NCBI GenBank assembly: GCA_038240975.1 | Contig: JBBRGF010000002.1 | Coordinates: 1-51,485 of the forward strand | DNA: 51,485 nucleotides | DNA from: Gemmatimonadales bacterium | GTDB lineage: Bacteria > Gemmatimonadota > Gemmatimonadetes > Gemmatimonadales > GWC2-71-9 | Direction: 5' to 3' | In this document: positions 15,541 to 25,033 of the stretch, one piece after another | How the letters are laid out: each line of letters opens with the position of its first letter | Position numbering within the stretch: the first letter of the stretch is position 1 | Made by a program: the position numbers and the translations under genes | The notes under the pieces: generated by a model | Database searches by the model: none | Told to the model about the DNA's origin: nothing | The model's input: the letters and a program-made list of their open reading frames with translations, nothing else

Positions 15541-17927
15541 GCCAGCGCCACCTCCTCGGGCTCGGCGACTACCAGCTTGTGGCCGCACTTGAGGCAGGTG
15601 CGCGTCTCGCCGTCGGCCTTGCTGGTCTTCTTTTCCATGCCGACCCAGCCACACTCGGGACAGGTATCGGGAACCGGGCGATTCCAGGTTGAGAAGTCGC
15701 ACGCGGGATAGCGGACGCACCCCCAGAAGGACTTGCCGCGCTTGGTCCGCCTCTCGGCGAGATCGCCTTCCAGGCACTTGGGGCACTTCATCCCGAGCGG
15801 GATGGCCCGAGTACCCTTGCACGCGGGGTACGTGGTGCAGGCGAGGAATTCACCGAAGCGCCCCGTCTTGATGACCATGGGCGAGCCGCAGAGGTGGCAT
15901 TTCTCATCGGTGGGCCGGTCGGGAGCCCGCCCCTTGCGAAGGGATTTGACGTAGTCGCAGGTGTCCTTGTACTTGACGCATGCGAGATACGGCCCGAACC
16001 GCCCGGTCCTGAGCTCGATCTGCGACCCACACTTGGGGCATCGCTCCTTGGCTAGCTCTTCTGGTGACAGTCCGTGCGCTTCGGCGACGAGCGCGTTCAG
16101 ATCAACCGCGCCGAGAGCCTTGTGGAACGGGCCGTAGAAATCCCGGAGTACGCGCTGCCAGCCGAGTTCGCCGTCTTCGATCCGATCGAGCTCGGACTCC
16201 ATTTCGGAGGTGAACTCGACGTTGAAGATCTCGGGGAACTTGGCAACCATGATCTTCTCGACCAGCTCGCCAAGCTCGGTGGGGAAGAAGCGGCGCTGCT
16301 CGATCTTGACGTACTCCCGCGCGGAGAGCGTCGAAATGATGGCGCTGTACGTCGACGGACGGCCGATGCCGAGCCGCTCGAGCTCCTTGACCAGGCTGGC
16401 CTCGGAAAACCGCGGAGGCGGCTCGGTGAAGTGCTGCGAGGGCGTGATCTCCCGCACCTCCACGCGCTCGCCGACGGCGAGGGGCGGGATTGGCGGAAGA
16501 TCGTCCATTGTCTTCCCTTCCTCTTTTTCGCGGCCTTCCATATAGAGCGTGTGGAATCCGTCGAATACCAGGACGGAGCCCGTGGCCCGAAACAGGTATT
16601 CGCCCAGGTCGAAGTCCACGATGGTCATGTCGTACACCGCGGGCGTCATCTGCGAGGCGACGAACCGTTGCCAGATGAGCTGATAGAGCCGGAACTGGTC
16701 GGGCTCCAGATACTGCTGCACCTGCTCGGGCCGTCGGCTTACGTCGGTGGGACGGATGGCCTCGTGGGCTCCCTGAACGCGCGAGCTCTTCTTGGGCTTG
16801 TAGACGTTCGGCGAGGCGGGAAGGTACGGCTTGTCGTAGTGCCTTCCGATGAAGCCCCTCACCGATTCCAGTGCCGTCGCCGAGACCTCGGGCGAGTCGG
16901 TACGCATGTAGGTGATGAGCCCGACCGCACCGTCTTCGCCGACGTCCTTGCCCTCGTAGAGATCCTGCGCCGCCCTCATGGTGCGCCGGGACGAAAACCC
17001 GAGCTTCTTCGCGGCTTCTTGCTGGAGTGTGCTGGTGGTGAAAGGCGCCGCCGGATTCTTCCGACGCTGGCGCTTCTCGACCTTGGAGACCTCGAAGGCG
17101 AGCCTCCGTACCGCGTCGACCACCGCCTGCGCATCCTCGGCGGAATGGAGCTGGGGCTTATGCCCGCCTACCTTGGCGAGCGCGGCCTCGAACGTCTGCC
17201 CGCCCTTGGCGCAGAGCGCCTCGATGCTCCAGTATTCCTGGGGCTCGAAGGCCCGGATTTCCCGCTCGCGCTCGACGATGAGCCGAAGCGCCACGGTCTG
17301 CACGCGCCCGGCGGACAGACCGGTCTTGATGCTGCGCCAGAGGATCGGGCTGGCCTTATAGCCAACCAGGCGATCGAGAATGCGCCGCGCCTGCTGCGCA
17401 TCGACCTTGCGATCGTCGATTTTTCCCGGATCGGCGAGCGCGTCGCGGATGGCTTCCTTGGTGATCTCGTGGAAGAGGATCCGGTGCGTCGGCACCTTGC
17501 TGTTGAGCTGATCGGCAACGTGCCAGGCAATGGCCTCGCCCTCGCGATCGGGGTCGGTAGCAAGGAAGATGGTCGACGCCGTTTTGGCAGCCTTCTTGAG
17601 CTCGGAGAGGGTCTTGGTCTTGCCCTTGATGGTGACGTACTTCGGCTCGAAGTCGCGGTCGACGTCTACGCCCAGCTCCCGGGTGGGAAGATCGCGCAGG
17701 TGTCCGACGGTGGCACGGACGTCGTAGCCGGCGCCCAGGTACTTGCCGATGGTCTTGGCTTTGGTGGGCGACTCGACGATGACGAGGGCCACGCCCTCGC
17801 TTCGGCTCCTGCCACGAGGCTTGCCGGCCTTGGCGCCGGTCTTGGCCACCTTGGCGGATGCCGCGGGGGCCTTCTTGGCCGCCGGCACTTTAGCCGTTCG
17901 TTTGGTTCTAGTCGCCATATCCTTCAC
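15537..17927 (-). CDS. topA: DNA topoisomerase I
   Basis: It has a Toprim domain (VIVESPTKAKTIGKYLG) and the catalytic-Tyr region (GLITYMRTDS), plus C-terminal zinc-ribbon repeats (CPKCG..C). 796 aa. Confidence 0.96.
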   Translation of the reverse strand: MKDMATRTKRTAKVPAAKKAPAASAKVAKTGAKAGKPRGRSRSEGVALVIVESPTKAKTIGKYLGAGYDVRATVGHLRDLPTRELGVDVDRDFEPKYVTIKGKTKTLSELKKAAKTASTIFLATDPDREGEAIAWHVADQLNSKVPTHRILFHEITKEAIRDALADPGKIDDRKVDAQQARRILDRLVGYKASPILWRSIKTGLSAGRVQTVALRLIVEREREIRAFEPQEYWSIEALCAKGGQTFEAALAKVGGHKPQLHSAEDAQAVVDAVRRLAFEVSKVEKRQRRKNPAAPFTTSTLQQEAAKKLGFSSRRTMRAAQDLYEGKDVGEDGAVGLITYMRTDSPEVSATALESVRGFIGRHYDKPYLPASPNVYKPKKSSRVQGAHEAIRPTDVSRRPEQVQQYLEPDQFRLYQLIWQRFVASQMTPAVYDMTIVDFDLGEYLFRATGSVLVFDGFHTLYMEGREKEEGKTMDDLPPIPPLAVGERVEVREITPSQHFTEPPPRFSEASLVKELERLGIGRPSTYSAIISTLSAREYVKIEQRRFFPTELGELVEKIMVAKFPEIFNVEFTSEMESELDRIEDGELGWQRVLRDFYGPFHKALGAVDLNALVAEAHGLSPEELAKERCPKCGSQIELRTGRFGPYLACVKYKDTCDYVKSLRKGRAPDRPTDEKCHLCGSPMVIKTGRFGEFLACTTYPACKGTRAIPLGMKCPKCLEGDLAERRTKRGKSFWGCVRYPACDFSTWNRPVPDTCPECGWVGMEKKTSKADGETRTCLKCGHKLVVAEPEEVALA

Positions 17928-18015
17928 TGTAGTTGGCTGGAGTCATTCCCGGGTCAACCCGGGAGGTAACAAGAAATCCGCGGTCTCTGGTCAAGGCAAG
18001 CGTGGTAGCGTGTAC

Positions 18016-18537
18016 TCACACCCATCCGGCGTGCTCCCGCGACAACTGGATTACTTCTGCCGCCAGCGCCGGTGCGTCGTGGATACCGGCCGCAACCTCA
18101 TGATCTGCAAGCCGATAGAAGGCTTCCCGCTCTTCGAGCAGCGCCCTCATGCGCTGCAGCGGATCTACCCCGGCGAGAAGTGGTCTGGCCTCGCCCTGCT
18201 CGATCCGGCGGGCCGCGGTTCCCGCCGTACACCGCAGATAGATAATGAGAGAGGAGTCGCGCGCCCTCTCGAACTGTCCTGGCTGGGCCGCCCACCCCGC
18301 CCCGGGGATGATCACAGCGGGATCGCCGGCCAGGGCGGCGGCAACCGCATCGCGCTCGAGCTGGCGGAACACCGGCTCGCCCATCATCCCGAAGATCTGA
18401 TCCACGGGCCGCCCCACCTGCCGGACAAGCAGCAGGTCGATGTCGATCAGCGGGGCCGGAAGACCCTCGGATACCAGGCGCCCCACGGTGCTCTTGCCCA
18501 CTCCGGGCAATCCGACGAGCATCACGTGGCGGCGCAC
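18016..18537 (-). CDS. aroK: shikimate kinase
   Basis: MLVGLPGVGKSTVGRLVSEGL is the P-loop. The start is ambiguous: GTG 18537 shares one base with the aroC TAG, and ATG 18522 or the track start 18570 are also possible. Confidence 0.88.
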   Translation of the reverse strand: MRRHVMLVGLPGVGKSTVGRLVSEGLPAPLIDIDLLLVRQVGRPVDQIFGMMGEPVFRQLERDAVAAALAGDPAVIIPGAGWAAQPGQFERARDSSLIIYLRCTAGTAARRIEQGEARPLLAGVDPLQRMRALLEEREAFYRLADHEVAAGIHDAPALAAEVIQLSREHAGWV

Positions 18538-19778
18538 TACCCCTCGACCGCGTCTCGGAGAGCCGACCACCGGGAACCGAGGGAGGATAAGTAGCCTTCG
18601 TAGTTCCGCCGCATCTCGCCGAGCGAATCGCCCCCAAACTTCTCGAGCATCGCGTCGGCAAGCACCAGCGCGACAACCGCTTCGGCGATCACCCCCAGAG
18701 CCGGCACCGCGGTCACGTCCGATCGCTCGCTCTGGGCGTTGGCGGGCTGGCCGGACGCCAGGTCGACAGTGGGCAGCGGCGACATGAGCGTAGAGATCGG
18801 CTTCATTGCTACCTTAACAACCAGAGGTTCCCCGGTCGTGATTCCACCCTCCAGACCGCCGGCGTTGTTGGTGCGCCGCCGGAACCCTCCCCGGGTATCT
18901 CCGGCATGAGGCGGGAGCGAGGCCGTCCGACCCCCACGCAAGGGATCGATCGGATCGTGGACGGCGGAGCCGGGGCGCCGGGCTGATTCGAACCCGAGTC
19001 CTACCTCGACCGCCTTGACCGCCGGGATCGACATCAGCATGCCGGCAAGGCGTCCGTCGAGCTTCCGGTCCCAGCTCACATGACTGCCGAGTCCCACCAC
19101 CACACCGCGCGCCACTACTTCGACCTCGCCGCCCAGGGTGTCACCCGCCTTCTTGGCCGCGTCGATGCGGCGGATGATCTCCGCCTCGACCTCCGCAGCG
19201 AGCACTCGAACCTCGGAGCGGTCGGACGCCTCATTGAGAGGAATGGGAAGCGTCGCGGGAGTCGCGGCCACGACGCCGCCGAGGGAGATGACGTGGCTGC
19301 CGATCTCGATGCCGAACTCGTCGAGGAGCCGCCGGGCCAGTGCGCCCGCGGCCACGCGAGCGGTGGTCTCGCGTGCGCTCGCACGCTCGAGTATGTCGCG
19401 CGCGTCGACTCGGTCGTACTTGAGCACCCCGACGAGATCGGCGTGACCCGGGCGCGGCCGAGTGACGCGGCGGCGGCGAGCCTCACCGGGCGTCTCGGCC
19501 TCGTAGGCCATGACCTCCTGCCAGTTGGCCCAGTCACGATTGGGAATGAGCATGGCCACCGGCGACCCCAGCGTCTCACCGGCGCGCACGCCCGAGAGCC
19601 ACTCGATGTGGTCGCGCTCGATCTTCATTCGCGCCCCGCGCCCGTAGCCCTGCATTCGGCGGTAGAGGTCGCGATCGACCCACTCCGCCGTCACCGGAAG
19701 ACCCGCCGGCAGCCCTTCGACCAGGGCTATCAGTCCCTTGCCGTGGGATTCACCGGCCGTAGAAAATTGCAAATGCAT
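18537..19778 (-). CDS. aroC: chorismate synthase
   Basis: MHLQFSTAGESHGKGLIALVEGLPAGL.., RPGHAD, TNNAGGLEGGITTGEPL. The ATG was verified at 19778. Confidence 0.94.
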   Translation of the reverse strand: MHLQFSTAGESHGKGLIALVEGLPAGLPVTAEWVDRDLYRRMQGYGRGARMKIERDHIEWLSGVRAGETLGSPVAMLIPNRDWANWQEVMAYEAETPGEARRRRVTRPRPGHADLVGVLKYDRVDARDILERASARETTARVAAGALARRLLDEFGIEIGSHVISLGGVVAATPATLPIPLNEASDRSEVRVLAAEVEAEIIRRIDAAKKAGDTLGGEVEVVARGVVVGLGSHVSWDRKLDGRLAGMLMSIPAVKAVEVGLGFESARRPGSAVHDPIDPLRGGRTASLPPHAGDTRGGFRRRTNNAGGLEGGITTGEPLVVKVAMKPISTLMSPLPTVDLASGQPANAQSERSDVTAVPALGVIAEAVVALVLADAMLEKFGGDSLGEMRRNYEGYLSSLGSRWSALRDAVEG

Positions 19779-19844
19779 GGTCCGGAGCCTAGGTGTCATC
19801 CCGTCGGAGCGCAAGCAAGAAGATCCCGAGAGAGCGCAAGCGAA

Positions 19845-19876
19845 CGAGGGATCTCCTCGGTAGAGAAGATCCCTCG
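19845..19876 (-). terminator. hairpin downstream of pilQ / in the aroC leader
   Basis: CGAGGGATCT (19845-19854) pairs with AGATCCCTCG (19867-19876) in a 10-bp stem. A third copy of AGATCCC at 19821-19827 can pair with the same central segment instead. Confidence 0.45.
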
Positions 19877-19907
19877 CTGCCACCGCGGGCAGGAGACCCG
19901 CGTGCGA

Positions 19908-21701
19908 CTACTGCTCGCTGACGCCGTCGTCGGTGATCCGGGGGGTGACCAGGATGATGAGGTCACGCCGGTTTTCCGTTTCCGAGTGCTTGCTGAAGAG
20001 ATTGCCGATGATCGGAAGGCTTCCGAGCAGCGGAATCCCGCTTCGCGACTTGGTGATCTCGGTGACCGTCAGGCCGCCGATGACCGCCGTTTCGCCGTCG
20101 TTGACCAGGAGCTGGTTGTCGGCCTTCTGCTTGGAGAAGACGAAGCCGAGGTCGGCCTCTGCGAGCGGCTTGACAGCCGAGCGCTCGGTATGGAGCTGCA
20201 TGAGCACCTGGCGATTGTTGGTGACGTGCGGAGTGACGGTGAGCCGGATACCGGTCTCCTTGAACTGGACCGTCGCGCGGGCCGGGGTGCCGGCGCCAGC
20301 GCTGGAGGCATCGATGACGCGCACCGGCGTTTCCTCACCCACGAGGATGTCGGCCTGGCGGTTATCGAGCGTCGTGATGACGGGCTCGGCCTGAATGTCG
20401 GCAAGTTCTACCGTCTGGAGGGCGCTCAGGAAGGTGGTGAGCGAGAACCCGCCGATGCTGGTCGAGAAGATCAGGTCGAGGGCCGAGCCGACGATGGTGG
20501 CGTCGGCGTTGCCGACGGCCGACACCGAGTTGCCGCCGAGATCGACGATGTTCACGTCGGGCGTGTACGACGTGCCCGGCGCCGCCGGATCGGGGCGCTG
20601 CACCAGCTTGTTGAAGAATTGGCTCTTGTTACCCAGGTCGTATCGGACACCGAGCTGCTCGATCTGCGTGCGGTCGACGAAGATGATCTTGGCCTGAATC
20701 GAGAGCTGCGGCGTGCGTACGTCGAGTCCGCGCACGAAGTCGGTGACGCTGGCGATGCGGCTCCGCGTGTCGGTAAGAATGAGGGCATTGGAGGCAGTGT
20801 CGGCCACCACGCGGCCGCGGTTCTTGGTGAGAATGCTCTCGACCGTCTTGGCGAGCGAGCCCGCCTGGGCGTAGTTGATCCGGACCAGACTGGTCTCGAG
20901 GGGCTCGAGGGAATCGAGCGCCGCCAGTGTGGCCGGCGCATCGACCCGGATGATGCCGCCCGACATTTCCTGGGCCGAGAGACCCTGGGTAGCGAGAACC
21001 GCCTGGAAGGCCTGCGGCCAGGGCTGGTTCTTGATCTCGGCGGTCACATCGCCCTTGACGTCCTTGCCGAGGATGATGGTGCGACCGCTGAAAGAAGCGA
21101 AGCCCGCGACCACGTCGGCGATGGTGGCGCGGTCCCAGGTGACGGTGATGCGCGGCTCGTCGGCCCGGGTGATCACGGCGGTCCGGGCGATATGGACCTC
21201 GGGCGCCCGGGCCGGAGCAGGTGCGGCAGCGGCGACAGGCGCGGCGGCCACGAGATCGTCGGCATCGGCGGCCGGCTCGGTGGACGACCAGGCCTGGAAC
21301 ACCGGGGCCGGGCCAAAGCTCACCCGGATGGCGCCCGAGGCACGATCGATCTTGTAGGTCTTGGGACCGTCGAGGTCGAGCACGATGCGCACGACGTCGG
21401 GACGGAACTGCGAGTAGCGCAGATTGGTGACGCCGCCACGGTTGACGCCGTCGTACAGAGTGGCGGCAGTCTGGTTGAGGCGTGCGCCAACCACGTCAAG
21501 CACCAGGCGGTCGGGCGTGTTGAGCATGAAGTCGCGAACTTCGACGGCGCCCTGGACCGTGATGCTCACTTCGGCCTTGCCGGCGGCCGGCGTGAGACTC
21601 ACGGCAGTGACTTCACCACCGGCCGGCCCTTCGGCCTTGAGCGGTGAGGCCGCACCGAAAGCCGCGGCAGCGACAAGCATCAAGCGATACAATCCGGTCA
21701 T
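19908..21701 (-). CDS. pilQ: type IV pilus secretin PilQ
   Basis: It has a signal peptide, an AMIN-like N-terminus, and a secretin C-domain (..LLVNDGETAVIGGL..IPLLGSLPIIGNLF..LIILVTPRI). Its ATG overlaps the pilP stop (ATGA). Confidence 0.93.
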   Translation of the reverse strand: MTGLYRLMLVAAAAFGAASPLKAEGPAGGEVTAVSLTPAAGKAEVSITVQGAVEVRDFMLNTPDRLVLDVVGARLNQTAATLYDGVNRGGVTNLRYSQFRPDVVRIVLDLDGPKTYKIDRASGAIRVSFGPAPVFQAWSSTEPAADADDLVAAAPVAAAAPAPARAPEVHIARTAVITRADEPRITVTWDRATIADVVAGFASFSGRTIILGKDVKGDVTAEIKNQPWPQAFQAVLATQGLSAQEMSGGIIRVDAPATLAALDSLEPLETSLVRINYAQAGSLAKTVESILTKNRGRVVADTASNALILTDTRSRIASVTDFVRGLDVRTPQLSIQAKIIFVDRTQIEQLGVRYDLGNKSQFFNKLVQRPDPAAPGTSYTPDVNIVDLGGNSVSAVGNADATIVGSALDLIFSTSIGGFSLTTFLSALQTVELADIQAEPVITTLDNRQADILVGEETPVRVIDASSAGAGTPARATVQFKETGIRLTVTPHVTNNRQVLMQLHTERSAVKPLAEADLGFVFSKQKADNQLLVNDGETAVIGGLTVTEITKSRSGIPLLGSLPIIGNLFSKHSETENRRDLIILVTPRITDDGVSEQ

Positions 21702-22318
21702 GGCGTCTCGTCCTCCTGCTTACGCAGCGAGAGAGTTTCCTGGCGCTCGAACCCGAAATCCTGAATCATGAACACCGCATCGCGGGGCCGGATCTGTACC
21801 AGCCGGGCCCGACTCAACTGGTCTCCCACGCGCATTTTGTGACGCTTGGTCGAGACCTTCTCCCGCAGCACCACGACGCTGTTCGAGGGTGTGCGGAGAT
21901 CCTGATAGACTCCAACCAGATCGAGGTCGGCGAGCTCGGGCCCGTCCTTCGATCTGTTGATGAGCGACGAAAAGGGATCGCGCGTTCCGCCGGCGTAGGC
22001 GAAGGTTTCACGGGTGACCTCGATTTCTCGTGACTTCCGAACCGAATCGGCCACGGCCGCTTCGGCGTCGGCCATGACCGCCGAGTCACTCCTGGCCGCC
22101 GAGGCCGGCGTGGCGGCGAGCGAGGCCGAATCGGCGGTACTGTCGGCCGCCACGGGCGCCGCGTGCCGGATGTGCTCCTTGCGGAGGCTGTCGGTGTGGG
22201 AGCGAAGCGCGGCGAGCTGGGCATCGGCCGCCTGCGCCTCGTCCGCTTTGCCCGAGCACCCGCCCACCGTCAGGCTGGCAGCGAGCAGAGCAAACCCGAT
22301 CAGAGCGTTACGTGCCAC
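21698..22318 (-). CDS. pilP: pilus assembly lipoprotein PilP
   Basis: The GTG at 22318 is preceded by GGAGGGAG. There is a lipobox LTVGGC. The C-terminal PilP domain reads RDPFSSLI..LDLVGVY..VVVLRE..HKMRVGDQL. Confidence 0.8.
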   Translation of the reverse strand: MARNALIGFALLAASLTVGGCSGKADEAQAADAQLAALRSHTDSLRKEHIRHAAPVAADSTADSASLAATPASAARSDSAVMADAEAAVADSVRKSREIEVTRETFAYAGGTRDPFSSLINRSKDGPELADLDLVGVYQDLRTPSNSVVVLREKVSTKRHKMRVGDQLSRARLVQIRPRDAVFMIQDFGFERQETLSLRKQEDETP

Positions 22319-22940
22319 TGGCCTCTCCCTCCGGACTGGAAGACTTGACGTAAGTGCGCACCTGGAACTTGGCCTCGAGCAGAGCGCCGGTCGTATCGCC
22401 GAGCGCCTTGGCGGAGGTGCTGTTGGCTGCCGCCACGCTGAGATCGTACGGCACGATGATGCGCTGCAGACTGGCCACATCGGCGAGGAACTCGCCGATC
22501 TGATCGTAGCGGCCGATGACCGACATGTTGTACTTGTAGGTGTCGAACGGCGCCGGCCCGGGCTCCACCGGCATCGGTACGACCTGCGACACCGTCACGC
22601 CGCGGATTTTGCCGCGACTGGAGATATCGTCGAGCAGATTGGGCACCTCGTTGCGCTCGGGTACCAGGCGGCGGAGAAGCGCCAGGCTGCCGCGGTAGGT
22701 TTCGAGCCGCTTGCGAAGATCTTCGACGGTGCCGTGCGCCAACTCCCGCTTGGCACTGTCGGTGGCCGACCGAAGCCGCGAGATGGTGTCTTCTATGGCG
22801 GCGACGCGCTCCTGGCGGGCCGACAGGCCGGTAACGCCAAGGGAGGAGACCAGCACGCCGGTATAGCCGATGTAGCCCACCAGTGCCGCGAGCAGGATGA
22901 TCAACAGCGGGGTGGACTTCTTCGAAGTCAGGGAAGCCAT
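22308..22940 (-). CDS. pilO: pilus assembly protein PilO
   Basis: It has a single N-terminal TM, a coiled coil, and a C-terminal ..NEVPNLLDDIS..YDQIGEFLADVASLQRIV pattern. Its position is between pilN and pilP. Confidence 0.85.
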   Translation of the reverse strand: MASLTSKKSTPLLIILLAALVGYIGYTGVLVSSLGVTGLSARQERVAAIEDTISRLRSATDSAKRELAHGTVEDLRKRLETYRGSLALLRRLVPERNEVPNLLDDISSRGKIRGVTVSQVVPMPVEPGPAPFDTYKYNMSVIGRYDQIGEFLADVASLQRIIVPYDLSVAAANSTSAKALGDTTGALLEAKFQVRTYVKSSSPEGEASGT

Positions 22941-22946
22941 CTGCGC

Positions 22947-23669
22947 TTACCTCACCGATTGGCTGAGGGGAACCGTCCGGAGATATGCCGAATCCGCCTG
23001 CTTGTATGTGGCCCGGATGGAGAACGCCGTGACCGGCCGCTCTTTCTCGACCACCGTCTGGGCCGACACCGGAGTGACGTCGGTGATCCAGGGCGATGCC
23101 TCGAGCTGGCGGAGGAACCGGGTGTACGCCTGGATGTCGATGGTGCGGCCGTTGACCTGGAACTGGATGGGCGGCGCTATTGCCGGCCCGGCCTTCGACG
23201 TATCGACGGCATTGGCCGGCGCGGCCTGTGGGGCACCCGGTACCGGCGCCGGAGGAGCCGCCCCTGACATATCGATGATCCAGGTATAGGCCGGAAGCGC
23301 CCTGGTGACCTCGTTGAGAAGGTGTGGCCACACGTAGCGGTCGCCATCGACCCCGCGGATGATCCCGATCTGGGAGATCAGCGAATCGCGGATGGTTTCC
23401 TGATGCCGCTTTTCGGCCAGAAAGGTCTTGAAGCGCCGATGCTCAGCCTGAGTCTGCTCGAGCTCGGGCTGGAGGGCGTTGAGCTGGCGGGTGGTGCCCA
23501 CGGCGATGTATCCGAGCCAGCCGACCACGCCGATCCAGCTCAGGACGCCCACCATGAGGACGGGATCTTTGACCTTGCTGCCCAGGCTACGGACGCCTTC
23601 GAGCGCCCCCTGAAGGGGCGGCCGCGCGCGCTTGCGCTTGAGGTCGGGGCGGAGATTGACGGTGATCAT
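22947..23669 (-). CDS. pilN: pilus assembly protein PilN
   Basis: It has the conserved N-terminus MITVNLRPD, a TM segment and a coiled coil. Its position is between pilM and pilO. Confidence 0.85.
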   Translation of the reverse strand: MITVNLRPDLKRKRARPPLQGALEGVRSLGSKVKDPVLMVGVLSWIGVVGWLGYIAVGTTRQLNALQPELEQTQAEHRRFKTFLAEKRHQETIRDSLISQIGIIRGVDGDRYVWPHLLNEVTRALPAYTWIIDMSGAAPPAPVPGAPQAAPANAVDTSKAGPAIAPPIQFQVNGRTIDIQAYTRFLRQLEASPWITDVTPVSAQTVVEKERPVTAFSIRATYKQADSAYLRTVPLSQSVR

Positions 23670-23692
23670 CGGTCGTCAGTCCGGAGTCAGGG

Positions 23693-24736
23693 TTAGGCCG
23701 CGCTACGCAGCGCGAGGCCAATGGGAAGCATGAGCAGCGGCGCGACTTCATCCACAGGCATCATGTCGAAGACGCCATCGGCCACCTGCAGCTTCTCGAT
23801 CGGGTTGGCGAGCTGAACCGGAACGCGAAGGCGATCGGACAACACCTTGTTGAGGCGCGGAATCCGGGCGCCGCCCCCCGTCGTGAAGATTCGCGAGATA
23901 CCGCCGGCGGAACGGCTGGCCGACTGGAGGAAGGCGGCGGCGCGCTCGATGCCGACCGCAAGCTCCTCACCGCGGGTTTCCAGAAACGGGTCGAGCGCTT
24001 CGCTCGACTCTCCGCCGCGCAGAAGCCGGTCGGCCTCTTCGGCGGAAAGACCGCGCTCGCGCTGCAGATCTTCCTTGAAGCGACGGGTGCCGACGGGGAT
24101 GTCGCGGGTGAGCACCGGAATGCCGTCGTCGAGGATGTTGATGTTGGTGGTTTCGTGCCCGATGTTGACCAGCCCGACCACGCCGTGCATGGCCTCGGGA
24201 TAGTTGACCTCGAAGGCGTTGTGCAAGGCAAAGGCATCGACGTCGATGACGCTCGCAGTGAGCCCGACGTCGGACAGCAGCGCGACCTTGTGCTCGACCA
24301 GCTCGCGCTTGGCGGCAACGAGGAGCACCGACATCTGGAGGCCTTCGCCTTCGGGATCGAGAATCTGGAAGTCGAGCTCCACGTTGTCCATGTCGAACGG
24401 CACGTGTTGCTCCGCCTCCCAGCGGATGACTTCACGGGCCTCGCCTTCCTTCATCCGGTCCATCGAAATCTTCTTGATGATCACGTCGCGGCCACCCACG
24501 GCGGTGACGACCTTCTTGGGCTTGATGCCGGCGGACGCCAGAAGGCCCTTGATGGCCTCGGCGACGATGCCCGGATCCATGACCTCGCCCTCGACGATCG
24601 CGTCGTTGACCACGGAGGTAAACGCGACCTTGGTGAGCACCGGCCCGCCCGAACCATGGGAAATCACGACGAGCTTGATGAGGCCGCTGCCGATGTCGAG
24701 CCCCACCGTCGTCGCATTGCGCCCGAAGAGTCCCAT
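23693..24736 (-). CDS. pilM: pilus assembly ATPase-like protein PilM
   Basis: It has an actin-like fold: VGLDIGSGLIKLVV.., ..IFTTGGGARIP.. 347 aa. Confidence 0.92.
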   Translation of the reverse strand: MGLFGRNATTVGLDIGSGLIKLVVISHGSGGPVLTKVAFTSVVNDAIVEGEVMDPGIVAEAIKGLLASAGIKPKKVVTAVGGRDVIIKKISMDRMKEGEAREVIRWEAEQHVPFDMDNVELDFQILDPEGEGLQMSVLLVAAKRELVEHKVALLSDVGLTASVIDVDAFALHNAFEVNYPEAMHGVVGLVNIGHETTNINILDDGIPVLTRDIPVGTRRFKEDLQRERGLSAEEADRLLRGGESSEALDPFLETRGEELAVGIERAAAFLQSASRSAGGISRIFTTGGGARIPRLNKVLSDRLRVPVQLANPIEKLQVADGVFDMMPVDEVAPLLMLPIGLALRSAA

Positions 24737-24827
24737 AGGATTCCGCTTGTTGAGGGGTGGCTCAGGCCAGCTCTGCCGCCTCGGTTACCGGCGGGTGCCG
24801 GGCGTGAGGGTATCGGGCCGGTGATGG

Positions 24828-24842
24828 GCAACCGATGTGCCA
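24828..24842 (-). promoter_or_regulatory. sigma-54 promoter upstream of pilMNOPQ
   Basis: The minus strand reads TGGCACATCGGTTGC. This is an exact TGGCAC-N5-TTGC match, about 92 nt upstream of the pilM ATG. Confidence 0.75.
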
Positions 24843-25033
24843 CACAAATTGCACTTGGCTAAGTGCTTGGAATGAACCCGTCTAACGCGGGCGGTACCGG
24901 GGCACTACGCGGGGGGTAGGAGGCCATTTCTTCCGTTTCGCAAGCTCTTTCTCGCGATGCAGCAGTCCATGAGTACTGCAACGGCTAGCAGACTGACAGG
25001 TGCTATTGGCTGTTCCCCCTTCCCCTTTCCCCC

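Noticed and set aside
17950-17967. TCCCGGG-TCAA-CCCGGGA hairpin between aroK and topA as a terminator
   Set aside because: The stem is only 7 bp with a 4-nt loop and no U-tract. It is too weak to call, and the genes may be co-transcribed.
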